From Perna viridis (lineage: Eukaryota), in the NCBI GenBank assembly GCA_037379345.1, contig CM074512.1, positions 32,426,001 through 32,490,000 on the forward strand: a stretch of DNA of 64,000 nt. The letters run 5' to 3'. The notes under the pieces were generated by a model. The model was not told the DNA's origin. It was given only the letters and a program-made list of their open reading frames with translations, and did no database searches. This document shows positions 63,301 to 64,000 of the stretch, piece by piece; the stretch's first letter is position 1, and every line of letters starts with the position of its first letter. Both the position numbers and the translations under genes were made by a program.

Positions 63301-64000
63301 TCCATAATTCATCATTTCTCTAACTCGGTATTCAAAACCAGATATCAATCGTGAGTAAAATTTTCCCATAACTACTTCTAAGCTGTCTTCGTGCAGAATT
63401 TCTCGTTTTGCCATTTCAATTCGTCCAGATATTTTGTTAATCTCATCTTGAAATGCTTTCATTTCATGTTTTGTGCGCATTCGTGCAAGATGTACTTCTC
63501 GTGGAACCTCCCGTCTCCTCCTCATTGCCATTCTCATGTTATTGATGTTTAATTGCTTCATTACCTCACTCGAGGAACGACTTCCCAACCGAAGTATGTC
63601 TCCTTTGAAAAATCTTAAAATTCCTTCTAGAAATTGATCAAGTGCGTGATTTGTATAGCAGACGACAAGTAAAGGTCGGTTGTCTTCAGCACCGAGGGCT
63701 GGGTCAGTATTCCACAAAGATCTATTATGGAGAAGTGCCTTAACGACCTTCAAACCAATGTACGTTTTTCCAGTCCCAGGTGGGCCTTGTATGATAGCAA
63801 ACTCCCTGGAAAGAGCGTTCTGAACAGCTCTATATTGCGACATATCTAAATGAAAAAGATCGGCTACTGGCCAGGTCTTTAAGTCGTCGACTTTAACTCG
63901 TCGAGCCCCAATTGACTTCGGGCTAAAGTTGTACGTCGTATCTCTTGCATCTTCTTCTCGGTTTCCAGGTATATTTTTGCGTCCTCGTAAGATTATCTCC
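57375..64000 (-). CDS. ZNFX1: ZNFX1-like copy 4, 5'-partial; join(>64000-60006, 57574-57375)
   Basis: Frame is open from the window edge (EIILRGRK..LFHLDMSQY) through the 1290-aa ORF. Donor CAA G|gtaagt at 60006/60005; acceptor tttcag|GA CAT at 57574 gives GHIYAIADCGGATVESRCPECGSTIGGSGH..PFQIRF*. Confidence 0.93.
58175..58305 (-). CDS. ZNFX1: Alternative RZ-finger exon of copy 4
   Basis: tatttgtttttttag|GC CAC ATA TAT GCC..CGA TAA. In phase with the 60006 donor it gives GHIYAIGNCGQANQHGICPECKSRIGGMGHLQLGNTAANEMIR*, with all RZ Cys/His retained and no lesions. Confidence 0.85.

Overview
AT-rich eukaryotic DNA with spliceosomal GT-AG introns; the repeat content suggests a marine invertebrate, probably a bivalve (inference). 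The window holds a tandem cluster of four ZNFX1-like genes: helical N-terminus, UPF1-like SF1 helicase (GPPGTGKT, EEAAE, GDHxQL, VDNYQGEE, SRAK), NF-X1-type Cys/His finger array, RING-like CxxC module and C-terminal RZ finger. Orientation is - + + -. Copy 1 (4578-11314, -) is a pseudogene. Copy 2 (CDS 23881-32350, +) is intact, 1846 aa by my exon model. Copy 3 (CDS 37633-50202, +) is intact except for one 1-nt frameshift in an A-run and carries three symmetric RG/RGG-rich micro-exons. Copy 4 (57375 to beyond 64000, -) is 5'-truncated by the window edge. The main hidden signal is modular RZ-finger architecture. All copies split the RZ finger at the same phase-1 intron. Copy 4 has two different RZ-encoding exons behind one donor; one (58175-58305) is absent from the ORF track. 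Copy 1 ends in an RZ exon lacking the putative catalytic Cys/His. Copies 2 and 3 have IRF/ISRE-like elements upstream, plus an ETS site (copy 2) or an exact NF-kB site (copy 3). Intergenic DNA holds Penelope-like retroelement fragments (one fold-back palindrome, one recurring structured 3' terminus), Helentron/MITE-like elements and minisatellites. All exon models come from splice signals, phase arithmetic and paralog comparison, not from transcripts.
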